Notes under the pieces: generated by a model | What the model saw: the letters and a program-made list of their open reading frames with translations, nothing else | The model's database searches: none | Told to the model about the DNA's origin: nothing | Shown: positions 38,463 to 49,144 of the stretch, one piece after another | How positions within the stretch are numbered: position 1 is the first letter of the stretch | Layout: every line of letters begins with the position of its first letter | Source: Podarcis cretensis | Taxonomy: Eukaryota | Direction: 5' to 3' | Assembly: GCA_951804945.1 (NCBI GenBank) | Contig: OX638164.1 | Location: 12,338,001 to 12,402,000, forward strand | Length of the DNA: 64,000 bases | Position numbers and translations under genes: made by a program

Positions 38463-41400
38463 GTTGTTGTTGTTTAGTCGTTTAGTCGTGTCCGACTCTT
38501 CGTGACCCCATGGACCAGAGAACGCCAGGCACTCCTGTCCTCCACTGCCCCCCGCAGCTTGGTCAGACTCATGCTGGTAACCTCGAAAACACTATCCAAC
38601 CATCTCGTCCTCTGTCGCCCCCTTCTCCTTGTGCCCTCCATCTTTCCCAACATCAGGGTCTTTTCCAGGGAGTCTTCTCTTCTCATGAGGTGGCCAAAGT
38701 ACTGGAGCCTCAGCTTCACAATCTGTCCTTCCAGTGAGCACTCAGGGCTGATTTCCTTCAGAATGGAGAGGTTTGATCTTCTTGCAGTCCATGGGACTCT
38801 CAAGAGTCTCCTCCAGCACCATAATTCAAAAGCATCAATTCTTCGGCGATCAGCCTTCTTTATGGTCCAGCTCTCGCTTCCATACATCACTACTGGGAAA
38901 ACCATAGCTTTAACTATACGGACCTTTGTTGGCAAGGTGATGTCTCTACTTCTCAAGATGCTGTCTAGGCCTGTCATTGCCCTTCTCCCAAGAAGCAGGC
39001 GTCTTTTAATTTCGTGGCTGCTGTCACCATCTGCAGTGATCATGGAGCCCAAGAAAGTAAAATCTCTCACTGCCTCCATTTCTTCCCCTTCTATTTGCCA
39101 GGAGGTGATGGGACCAGTAGCCATGATCTTCGTTTTTTTGATGTTGAGCTTCAGACCATATTTTGCACTCTCCTCTTTCACCCTCAATAAAAGGTTCTTT
39201 AATTCCTCCTCACTTTCTGCCATCAAGGTTGTGTCATCTGCATATCTGAGGTTGTTGATATTTCTTCCGGCAATCTTAATTCCGGCTAGGGATTCATCCA
39301 GCCCAGCCTTTCGCATGATGAATTCTGCATATAAGTTAAATAAGCAGGGAGACAAAATGCAGCCTTGTCGTACTCCTTTCCCAATTTTGAACCAATCAGT
39401 TGTTCCATATCCAGTTCTAACTGTAGCTTCTTGTCCCACATAGAGATTTCTCAGGAGACAGATGAGGTGATCAGGCACTCCCATTTCTTTAAGAACTTGC
39501 CATAGTTTGCCATGGTCGACACAGTCAAAGGCTTTTGCATAGTCAATGAAGCAGAAGTAAATGTCTTTCTGGAACTCTCTAGCTTTCTCCATAATCCAGC
39601 GCATGTTTGCAATTTGGTCTCTGGTTCCTCTGCCTCTTCTAAATCCAGCTTGCACTTCTGGGAGTTCTCGGTCCACATACTGCTTGAGCCTTCCTTGTAG
39701 AATTTTAAGCATAACCTTGCTAGCGTGAGAAATTAGTGCAATTGTGCGATAGTTGGAGCATTCTTTGGCACTGCCCTTCTTTGGGATTGGGATGTAGACT
39801 GATCTTCTCCAATCTTCTGGCCACTGCTGAGTTTTCCAAACTTGCTGGCATATTGAGTGTAGCACCTTAACAGCATCATCTTTTAAAATTTTAAATAGTT
39901 CAGCTGGAATACCATCACTTCCACTGGCCTTGTTATTTGCAGTGCTTTCTAAGGCCCATTTAACTTCACTCTCCAGGATGTCTGGCTCAAGGTCAGCAAC
40001 CACACTACCTGGGGTATATGAGACATCCGTTTCTTTCTGGTATAATTCCTCTGTGTATTCTTGCCACCTCTTCTTGATGTCTTCTGCTTCTGTTAGGTCC
40101 TTTCCACTTTTGTCCTTTATTATGGAAATCTTTGTACGAAATGTTCCTTTCATATCTCCAATTTTCTTGAACAGATCTCTGGTTCTTCCCATTCTATTGC
40201 TTTCCTCTATTTCTTTGCATTGCTTGTTTAAGAAGGTCTTCTTGTCTCTCCTTGCTATTCTTTGGAAATCTGCATTCAATTTCCTGTACGTTTCACGATC
40301 TCCCTTGCATTTTGCTTGCCTTCTCTCCCCCGCTATTTGTAAGGCCTCATTGGACAGCCACTTTGCTTTCTTGCATTTCCTTTTCATTGGGATGGTTTTC
40401 GTTGCTGCCTCCTGTATAATGTTACGAGCCTCCATCCATAGTTCTTCAGGCACTCTGTCCACCAAATCTAAATCCTTAAACCTGTTCCTCACTTCCACTG
40501 TGTATTCATAAGGGATTTGACTTAGATTGTATCTTACCGGCCCAGTGGTTTTTCCTACTTTCTTCAGTTTAAGCTTGAATTTTGCTATAAGAAGCTGATG
40601 ATCTGAGCCACAGTCAGCTCCAGGTCTTGTTTTTGCTGACTGTATAGAGCTTCTCCATCTTTGGCTGCAGAGAATATAATCAATCTGATTTCGATGCTGC
40701 CCATCTGGTGATGTCCATGTGTAGAGTCGTCTCTTGTGTTGTTGGAAAAGCGTGTTTGTGATGACCAGCTTGTTCTCTTGACAGAACTCTATTAGCCTTT
40801 GCCCTGCTTCGTTTTGATCTCCAAGGCCAAACTTGCCAGTTGTTCCTTTTATCTCTTGACTCCCTACTTTAGCATTCCAATCCCCTATAATGAGAAGAAC
40901 ATCCTTCTTTGGTGTCACTTCTATAAGGTGTTGTAAGTCTTCATAGAATTGGTCAATTTCAGTTTCTTCAGCACCAGTAGTTGGTGCATAAACTTGGATT
41001 ACTGTGATGTTAAAAGGTCTGCCTTGGATTCGTATCGAGATCATTCTATCATTTTTGAGATTGCATCCCAGTACAGCTTTTGCCACTCTTTTGTTGACTA
41101 TGAGGGCCACTCCATTTCTTTTACGGGTTTCTTGCCCACAGTAGTAGATATGATGGTCATCCGAACTGAATTCACCCATTCCCGTCCATTTTAGTTCACT
41201 GATGCCCAGGATGTCAATATTTATTCTTGCCATCTCATTTTTGACCACCTCCAACTTACCCATGTTCATGGTTCTTACATTCCAGGTTCCTATGCAATAT
41301 TTTTCTTTACAGCATTGGACTTTCCTTTCGCTTCATGGATCACTGCCTTGCCGTGGCGAAGGGGCTTGAAGAACTCAGAGAAGCTATGAACTATGCCGAG

Positions 41401-41520
41401 CAGGGCACCCAAGATGAACAGGTCATAGTGGAGAGTTTTGACCAAACGTGATCCACCTGGAGGAGGAACCGGCAAGCCACTCCAGTATCCCTGCCAAGAA
41501 AACTCCATGGACAAAGACAA
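38463..41520 (-). mobile_element. BovB (RTE clade) LINE, near full length, with inverted 5' segment (41334-41520)
   Basis: APE endonuclease plus RT ORF. 3' end ...CTAAACGACTAAA(CAA)n. 22-nt direct repeat at 38441-38462 and 41522-41543. 5'-UTR-like sequence in the opposite orientation. Confidence 0.95.
38474..41269 (-). CDS. BovB ORF: AP-endonuclease plus reverse transcriptase (931 aa, N-terminally truncated)
   Basis: EN motifs LGISE, QVYAPT, GDWNAK, NQIDY, SDH. RT motifs NYRTIAL, QAGFR, FIDYAKAFD, GVRQGCILSP, YADD, FLG. No stops or frameshifts. Confidence 0.95.
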   Translation of the reverse strand: MNMGKLEVVKNEMARINIDILGISELKWTGMGEFSSDDHHIYYCGQETRKRNGVALIVNKRVAKAVLGCNLKNDRMISIRIQGRPFNITVIQVYAPTTGAEETEIDQFYEDLQHLIEVTPKKDVLLIIGDWNAKVGSQEIKGTTGKFGLGDQNEAGQRLIEFCQENKLVITNTLFQQHKRRLYTWTSPDGQHRNQIDYILCSQRWRSSIQSAKTRPGADCGSDHQLLIAKFKLKLKKVGKTTGPVRYNLSQIPYEYTVEVRNRFKDLDLVDRVPEELWMEARNIIQEAATKTIPMKRKCKKAKWLSNEALQIAGERRQAKCKGDRETYRKLNADFQRIARRDKKTFLNKQCKEIEESNRMGRTRDLFKKIGDMKGTFRTKISIIKDKSGKDLTEAEDIKKRWQEYTEELYQKETDVSYTPGSVVADLEPDILESEVKWALESTANNKASGSDGIPAELFKILKDDAVKVLHSICQQVWKTQQWPEDWRRSVYIPIPKKGSAKECSNYRTIALISHASKVMLKILQGRLKQYVDRELPEVQAGFRRGRGTRDQIANMRWIMEKAREFQKDIYFCFIDYAKAFDCVDHGKLWQVLKEMGVPDHLICLLRNLYVGQEATVRTGYGTTDWFKIGKGVRQGCILSPCLFNLYAEFIMRKAGLDESLAGIKIAGRNINNLRYADDTTLMAESEEELKNLLLRVKEESAKYGLKLNIKKTKIMATGPITSWQIEGEEMEAVRDFTFLGSMITADGDSSHEIKRRLLLGRRAMTGLDSILRSRDITLPTKVRIVKAMVFPVVMYGSESWTIKKADRRRIDAFELWCWRRLLRVPWTARRSNLSILKEISPECSLEGQIVKLRLQYFGHLMRREDSLEKTLMLGKMEGTRRRGRQRTRWLDSVFEVTSMSLTKLRGAVEDRSAWRSLVHGVTKSRTRLND

Positions 41521-41561
41521 CACATACACATACACATACACATATACATATACATATACAT

Positions 41562-42274
41562 GTTGTTTAGTCGTTTAGTCGTGTCCGACTCTTCGTGACC
41601 CCCTGGACCAGAGCACGCCAGGCACTCCTGTCTTCCACTGCCTCCCGCAGTTTGGTCAAACTCATGCTGGTAGCTTCGAGAACACTGTCCAACCATCTCG
41701 TCCTCTGTTGTCCCCTTCTCCTTGTGCCCTCCATCTTTCCCAGCATCAGGGTCTTTTCCAGGGAGTCTTCTCTTCTCATGAGGTGGCCAAAGTATTGGAG
41801 CCTCAGCTTCAGGATCTGTCCTTCCAGTGAGCACTCAGGGCTGATTTCCTTAAGAATGGATTGTTTTGATCTTCTTGCAGTCCATGGGACTCTCAAGAGT
41901 CTCCTCCAGCACCATAATTCAAAAGCATCAATTCTTTGGCGATCAGCCTTCTTTATGGTCCAGCTCTCACTGTTGCACTCCAGCTCCCATATGGGAAAAC
42001 CATAGCTTTAACTATATGGACCTTTGTCGGCAAGGTGATGTCTCTGCTTTTTAAGATGCTGTCTAGGTTTGTCATAGCTTTCTTCCCAAGAAGCAGGCGT
42101 CTTTTAATTTCGTGACTGCTGTCACCATCTGCAGTGATCATGGAGCCCAAGAAAGTAAAATCTCTCACTGCCTCCATTTCTTCCCCTTCTATTTGCCAGG
42201 AGGTGATGTGACCAGCTCTCCTCTTTCACCCTCATTAAAAGGTTCTTTAATTCCTCCTCACTTTCTGCCATCAA
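41562..42274 (-). mobile_element. Second, 5'-truncated and degenerate BovB copy
   Basis: Colinear with the 3' end of the first copy. 50-nt deletion at 42215/42216 and a replaced patch at 41972-41991. Confidence 0.95.
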
Positions 42275-42642
42275 CTCTGTGTGTATACATATACAGCGAG
42301 ACAGAGATACATACACATATACAGCAAGAGATACATATACATATACATATATACATACAGTATATGAGGGATTCTATCTATCTTGCTGGAGGGATTTCAC
42401 ACACCTCCCTAAATGTGCTTGGAAACAAGCCTAAGTCTTCTGGTGGCAGCTCTTTCACATCAAGAGCCATGTGCTCTCCTCCTGCCAGCTTCCTAGATGA
42501 CAGGCAGTGCCTCTGAGCATACAGAGAGGGCTCCTCCTGCTCCCCCCAATTGTTAAAATCAGCGCTCAGAGCAGTTGGAGCGTCAGACCAATAGCTCTCA
42601 AAATTATGGCGGCGGCAGTTATTTATTGATTGTTTTCCGAAA

Positions 42643-42783
42643 GGAATATAGCTCAGTCAGTAGAGCAGGAGACTCTTGATGTTAGCGTCGTAGGTTCCAG
42701 CCCCATGTTGGGTGAGATTCCTGTGTAGCGGGGGTTGAACTAGAATGACACTCATGATCCCTTCCAACTCTGATTCTATGATT
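42643..42783 (+). mobile_element. tRNA-Lys-derived SINE with CR1-type tail
   Basis: Head TAGCTCAGTCAGTAGAGCAGGAGACTCTT resembles tRNA-Lys(CTT). Tail CCCTTCCAACTCTGATTCTATGATT. Confidence 0.75.
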
Positions 42784-43396
42784 GAAATGAATAAACCGCT
42801 TCACGGTAGGAAAAAAGCTCAAAGCAGTTTACAAAAAAAAAAAGGAATAAAGTTATCTAAAAATTACAACCATAATTTGAAACATGTGGAAAGTTAAAGC
42901 CACAGTAGAACAAATAAAAAACTTTTGAAACATCTGGATAGGCTTGTCTATTATTTTATTATTATTATTATTTAGAGCATTTGTTCCTCCTCACACTAAA
43001 GCCAAAAGGGGTCCCAAAGTGGCTTACATACAATCCATTAAAGCTAGATTGTAAACCTGCAGGGAGGGACTAAGAAGTAGGAGGCAGAAGGAAAATGGGA
43101 CAGGGAGGGAAGAGGAAAAAAGCAAATTGCAGCACTTGTTCTAATTACATTCTTATATCTTCCTTCTGCTTCTGGGGATGGGTGTGTCAAGAGCATACAG
43201 GATGAGTGCCTCTCTTTCACCTCTGAGTATGTATGTATGTATGTATTTATTGTTATTCTATACTATTTATGGACATGGCATTTACAAAGAGCAAGTATGA
43301 AAGTGCTTAGTGTCTAAAAGTAAAGCACAGGCTGCCCCCCTCAACTCTAAAATTAGACCTGACACAATAGAGCATTTCACCTTCATTTTCTATACC

Positions 43397-44050
43397 TGTT
43401 ATAAGAATTTTAAGGTCTTATATATATAAAATAGATGTTCATAAATGTACCAAGCAAACACATACAAATATGTAAACCACGTGTCCAACACCCACAGAAA
43501 GGTCCTGAAACCATTTTCACTCTCCTGAAAGGACCTCAAATATTTCTTTGCAAGGTTAAAGGAAATGGGAAATCTCCCCATTGTCTCTTTCACAAATCCT
43601 GTCTTAAGGGCACATTTAAGATATGAATAGGGTGAGCCTGTGACCTGGACTCAAGAACTGAGTATTTACCATTACAAAGGAATCGCCAGACTGCCCAAAT
43701 AATGTAATCAGTTATCATTCTCAGGTAACACGGCAGACAGGTTTTCTCTTGTAGACCGCCTCTTCTGTGAAGTAGGTATGATGCATCTGGGGGGTGGTCT
43801 TAAACTACAGGGCGGGCAATTTAAAATGTCTATATAAGGGCTTGTGCGCATGGCTTGGGGTTCTCCTCCTCTCTCCTGCGTGTGGGGGGAGCACCCTGTT
43901 GCAACAGCTTTAATAAAGATCAGGCTTATAGCCACTTTGCTTTTGTAAATCCTGGTCTGGTCTCTGTTCATTTCCTGACCTCCCCAACACTCTCTCCAAA
44001 GGTCTAGTCTTCCTTAAGAAGCTGAACCCCTTGAAGGGACCCCATTTTTA
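43397..44050 (+). mobile_element. Solo LTR (ERV-like), copy A; 3' end approximate
   Basis: Starts TGTTATAAGAATTT. TATATAAG at ~43831, AATAAA at ~43912. Homologous to 55971-56580 and 60590-61159. Confidence 0.65.
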
Positions 44051-45234
44051 TTCTTATTTCACTTTGAAGCAGCTCAAAGGTGTGTGTGAGGGGGGAGAAC
44101 AGAGATACTGTTAGTCGAGTAACTGAGGAGACTCGCTCTTTGTAGCCCCTGAAGAACTGCCAATTCTAAAACTGGCCCTGGATTGAAAAACCAGCCTTCT
44201 CTGTTCCCAAGCTCTGCCATTTATTTTGTTTTCCCACAGATTCTGTCCCTAAAGGGCTCAGGACTCCAGAGGTGGTAACATTCTAAGAGCACCAAAATAC
44301 ATGAGAAGTTGGCCGGAGCAGAATTATTTATATAATGTGAACTATGCTCTACGCGAAAGTTTGGATGTAGTCTACAAATAGGTTGAAGGCTGTACTGTGG
44401 CATTCAGTTTCTTCTATTAATAATGCAGAAATGAGGATGATTTTCAAATTGCATGCTGTGAATTCTAGGAAAAGGTAAATGTGTTTTCTGCCACTAAATT
44501 AGTCACAGCAAGTCTTTGTTGAAGCATAAAATTGTGGAAATAGCAGTAGAGGAAACTAAGGTGAGATTAACACAACACTCCTATGAAAACCTATCTAGAG
44601 AGCAACCTGACTTGAACCCAGCAGGACTTTCTAGTGAGTAAATACGCCAAGACTGGTCTGCAAGGGAATACAACAAAATTAAGTGTTTAATCAAGAGATG
44701 TGAGGAGGGGAGCGCTGAACCAGGAGGCGGCATTTCAGCAGAATATGTGAAGTTAAAATCATTACTCAGTCTTTCCTAGTGACAGTTTTTCCCTATAATT
44801 TTGCACTTGAATCAATAAAACCACTGAGAATTAGACAGAAGCCCCCATTTCAGTCTGCTGCTAAACATGATGCTGCTCCTTATGAAGGATGTGGCTAGCA
44901 ATGGCTACTTGCCATGATGGCTAAACTACGGCTCCACAGTTAGAGGCTGTAATGCTTCTAAGTATCAGTTGCTAGAAGCCACAGCAGCTCAGGTCCTGTT
45001 TGCGGGTTTCCCTCAGGCATCTGGTTGGCCACTGTGAGAACAGGTTTCTGGTCTAGATGGGCCATTGGTCTGATCCAGCAGCCTCTTCCTCTGTTCTTAC
45101 AAGCACAAGATTACCATCACAATACCAAGTGGCTTGAATCTCCAAATGTAGGACCATATGATTCCCTTTTCCTTAAACAGATACACCTGATTGTAGCTCA
45201 CTCCCAGATCTCCCTCAAGTTCCTTGCTCTTCTC

Positions 45235-45267
<33 letters not shown>

Positions 45268-45499
45268 GGCCTTGTCCAATATTTCTGCCCTAATACCTGG
45301 ACACATCACTTCCTGTGACCTTTGCTTCGCTGCCTTCGGCTGTCCAAAGGCTTCTCCCTGTTCTTTCTTGTGCCTTGAACACCTGAAACACCTCAGTCCG
45401 GCCACCTTCCTTCTTTCCTTTGTGGGAGAACCAGCCTCATATAACCAACATACTCAAATCTAATTAATGCACAATAGGTTAAAACCAGGCTTAGTTCAC

Positions 45500-45945
45500 C
45501 TGGGGAGGGACTAGGTGATGAAGTCTTTGTTCACCTTCCTAGTCTACCTGAGCTCAGTGTGTAAAGACGTCTAAGCTGGTTGCTCTAGTTTAGCTGCATG
45601 ACTCTATAACAAGCCTCTCGAGTTCCTATACCAATAATTTAGGAACTTTCACCACTTTGCAACTAAAGAAAGTTTTATGCACTCTTCGATTTTCTGAAGC
45701 ACATGAATCTGACCTTTGGAGTGTCTGCAAGTTCGCAACTTGCCAAACATATAGTCTTCTTCTATGCTGGGGGGAAAGGGGAACTTTGGAAGGAACTCAA
45801 AAGAGCATATTTTAAAGGACTAACAGCCTATATTTCCATGCTTTACTTTGCTGCCTATTTTGTGATTTTAAATCTCTGCTGATGTTCTCTTGCCAAAGAG
45901 CTCTTGCCCCAAACTTGGATCTTGGCATCCAGGAATTCTCCTTTT
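45500..45945 (+). repeat. Unclassified ~450-bp interspersed repeat, copy 2
   Basis: Colinear with 545-990. Identical blocks of 26 and 43 nt. Confidence 0.75.
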
Positions 45946-46201
45946 ATACCTATTTTATCCTTGCACCTACATCCTTGAAGTCCCTTCTCAAAACTGGGCT
46001 TTTCTGGGAGGTCTCCGCACCATCCTGGAAGTCTCCATACCACACTGCAATGGTCACCAACCTTTTTAGGCTCAGTGGGTATATTTAAATTTTTAAGTGA
46101 CAGGCACAATCCCCCTCTACTCACTTCTCTCTCTTTCACCATTAATTTGCCCAATATAAACAGCAATCATGAACAGGCAAGAAAACACTCAATGTCCCCC
46201 T

Positions 46202-46207
46202 TTTATT
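46202..46207 (-). terminator. Probable PRKRIP1 polyadenylation signal AATAAA
   Basis: Minus-strand AATAAA about 555 nt after the stop codon. Confidence 0.6.
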
Positions 46208-46761
46208 AACAAACTATTAGAGCAGAAGTTTTACATCACATTTTTGAAACAAAGAGAGCAATCTCCTCGCAGTGTTGGTGAACCAACTCTTGCAGCAGCA
46301 ATGTGAAGACAACCCCAACTGAAATTCCTGAATAAGTTTGTCTCAAGTTCCGTTATAGAAAAAGCCAGGTCACTCTCTGCCCGAGAGCAAAGGCCACACA
46401 AACCCATTTGTGTACTTGGGTCTCTCAGGGGGAAAGGCTCTGCCTGAAAACACAGATGGATAAAGCATTAGCTTTCAGAGAGACACCACTTTGGAGCAAC
46501 GCTAGGAAGAACAAGAAGGCCCACAGGGGCAGGATGCTGGCATCTTTCCCCAGAAACCCTGTAAGCAGACTGCACAGCAGTTACAGAAGCAAGCTTGGAA
46601 GAGGTTCTCGTTTCACATGGCTCCAATGTCGATACCCCTGCAGGGTCCTTATGGCAACACCTCTGCCGTGATGGAGGTCTGAAACAGCTCAGAAGAGCCT
46701 GCTCAACTGAGACGCCAGGCTCTTCAACAGCACCTGGATACCAGCCACAGAGTCAGCGCCA

Positions 46762-46865
46762 TCATCTCCTCATCCTGAAGCTGGGCTTTTCAGCATCATC
46801 CTCTTCCTCAGAAGTACCTTCGTCTTCATCTTCACTGGTCTGCTGCTTTGGGGAATGGTCAGAAT
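46762..46865 (-). CDS. PRKRIP1: PRKRIP1 exon 6 (DSDHSPKQQTSEDEDEGTSEEEDDAEKPSFRMRR*)
   Basis: Acidic tail ending PSFxM as in PRKRIP1. ctacag acceptor, phase fits, TGA at 46762-46764. Confidence 0.88.
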
Positions 46866-47608
46866 CTGTAGCCGGTAAAAGACATGATGATCAGGCTACT
46901 TGCTTGAGGGAAGAAAGAACTGAATAATATTATGGATTGATAGGTAAATGGAACTATCATATTCAGGGTCAGGGTAGCTCTGTGGATCAGATGGTGGAGA
47001 TAAAATGCATTTCTGGCCTGCTTGTGAGCTTCAGAGGTATGGCTGGCCGCTTACAGTTGAGGTTTTTTGGTCTCCCCCAGCAAAGGCAAGGCAGTTCTTT
47101 TCTCCCTGCCTTGGCGAGGCACATTTTAGGCCAGGGATGTGGAACCTGTGGTCCTCCAGATGCCAGAGTACAACTCCCATCCCTGACCATTGGGAACGCA
47201 GGGTAGGGATGATAGGAGTTGGTGTCCAACAAATTCTGGCAGGCCTGTTTTAGGGAGGAACAATCATCCTAATTCTCCAACTCTCTCAGATTGGAAGGGA
47301 CAACAACACAGAGCACCTCCTCCCCATTTCAAGAATCAAGGTCATGTTCCCCACTGGGCTGCGAACTCTACAGCCTCCCCTTCCTACAGACATTGCTGCA
47401 CTTAGGTGAACCCCAACAAAAACTTGGAAGCAACAGTCCTCCCATTGCCTCAGGCACCCAGGATTAGGATTACTATACGGAACAGCTCCTCCTTCCTTGG
47501 TTTTGCAGATATTTGAGAGTTCTTTGTCCCTGCAGAGGGGGCAGCTGCTTTGCCTCAACTCATCTGAGTCCATGGAGCTTCTGATCCTCCAGTGGGGCCC
47601 TCCACATG

Positions 47609-47666
47609 TTTTGGACTACAATTCCCATCAGTGCTGGTTGGGACTGATAGGAATTGTAGTCCAAAA
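47609..47666. repeat. Palindromic MITE core (24-bp arms, 10-nt loop)
   Basis: TTTTGGACTACAATTCCCATCAGT / ACTGATAGGAATTGTAGTCCAAAA, 23/24 match. Confidence 0.85.
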
Positions 47667-47895
47667 GCGGATTGGGTTGGGGAAGGCTGCTCTATGCAAC
47701 CTCTTTCTCTCTCATCAGGAGCTGTGCTGTCATTTGGCCTGACTACCCTGACAGAATCCCAAAGGACTTCCCTGGAAGATACCCACATCTGGATGCAGGC
47801 ACAAGCTGCAAAAGCTCAACTCATTTCAGTGGGGACTTGAGAGCGGAAGGAGCCTCCTGGTGAACTGAACTCCAGAAGATGTGTTTTCACATTAC

Positions 47896-47963
47896 CTGCA
47901 TGTTCGCTCTTTTGTTCAAGCTTACTCTTCTTCGCCAGCATTTTCTTCTCTTTCAATTTCTGC
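47896..47963 (-). CDS. PRKRIP1: PRKRIP1 exon 5 (QKLKEKKMLAKKSKLEQKSEHA)
   Basis: Hand translation. tttacag acceptor, CAG|GTAAT donor, 68 nt. Confidence 0.9.
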
Positions 47964-48666
47964 CTGTAAATCAAGGATTAAATGCTCCAAATGAACAAGC
48001 TGCCCTTTGCCCCAACATTCTGCAGATTCCAACCCTGATGCTAGCAAAAAGAGAACTGAGCTGTGCAGTTGTTCAAACACCAATTCTTACTGCTCTGGAA
48101 CCCAACCTATTTCACTGCTGATGGAAGAGCATGTGAACAGCTTTGAAACATGTTTGCCTTGTTTACCAGGAGGGAACTGCTATCTGTTCCCAAATTATCC
48201 TAGAGGTAGGATGAAATTTGCCTCTCTAGGAAACTGTTTCCAGGAACTGCAGACAGGTGGACTTGCAGCCACCTAGAGGTAAAAACTGGAATTATTCCTT
48301 CATAGGACTGGCAGCTACATACTGTATCCTGTTTTTCTGTCAATGGAGATTTCCCCCACTAAGGCTCCTAGCCACATGGAAAATCAGACCTCTATGCCAA
48401 TCACGGCAGAACACTGTTGAGCTCAAATCTGCTGTCTACACATGCTGCCTTCCCATGGCAAGAATTTCTCCTCACCCTGCGCCTGCAATTATTTAAGGGA
48501 AATCAAGATAGGTAGCTCCATGCTACGTATTAAGGAAGAATCTCTAGTCTGGCCCTTAAGTCATTTTGGACTGTAAACAAATATTGAACTATTGCCCTTG
48601 ACCCTTCCTGACTCCCCTCATTCTGGATCCTGTTTCCCTAGGCTTCCTGTACAACTTTGACCTCAC

Positions 48667-48752
48667 CGTTTCCTTCTGCGCTTGGCTGTCTGTTCTTCCG
48701 CAACAATCTTGTTCTTTTCTAGCTTCTTCTGATATTCCTCATCCAGTTTTTG
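48667..48752 (-). CDS. PRKRIP1: PRKRIP1 exon 4 (QKLDEEYQKKLEKNKIVAEEQTAKRRRKR)
   Basis: Hand translation. gtcgcag acceptor, CG|GTGAGG donor, 86 nt. Confidence 0.93.
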
Positions 48753-49144
48753 CTGCGACAAATCACAGGGAACATGTCATTACAATCCCAGGGCGGGCTG
48801 CAACAATTTATTATTTAGAAAGCTGAAACAAATTACAGTCACGGGAATAGGGTGGGTTTTGAAAACACCTTTTTCAGGTGCAAAGGTCAGAGCGAAGAGG
48901 TGCATTTTCAGCATTCCATGAAAACTGTAGAGTGAAAGTGGCAGGCACACCTCTCTGAGGAAGCAATTCAACAACCGAGGAGCTGCTGCAGGGAATGCGC
49001 TCTCCCAGGCTGCCACCCCCAAACTTCAGAGGATGGCACAACTACCAAGAGGTAATTCTCCACTGATTTTAGCACCTGATAGGGTCTGTAGGGAAGGAGG
49101 CAGTACAACAACTCAGAAACAGTAAGCCAAAGGAATCACCCAAC

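Noticed and set aside
38502-40511. 313-aa and 193-aa plus-strand ORFs
   Set aside because: Antisense frames of the BovB ORF, with no independent coding signal.
42643-42712. tRNA-Lys gene (also a fragment at ~29965-30010, minus strand)
   Set aside because: The stems are degenerate and the 42643 copy runs into a CR1-type tail, so it is a SINE head and not a functional tRNA.
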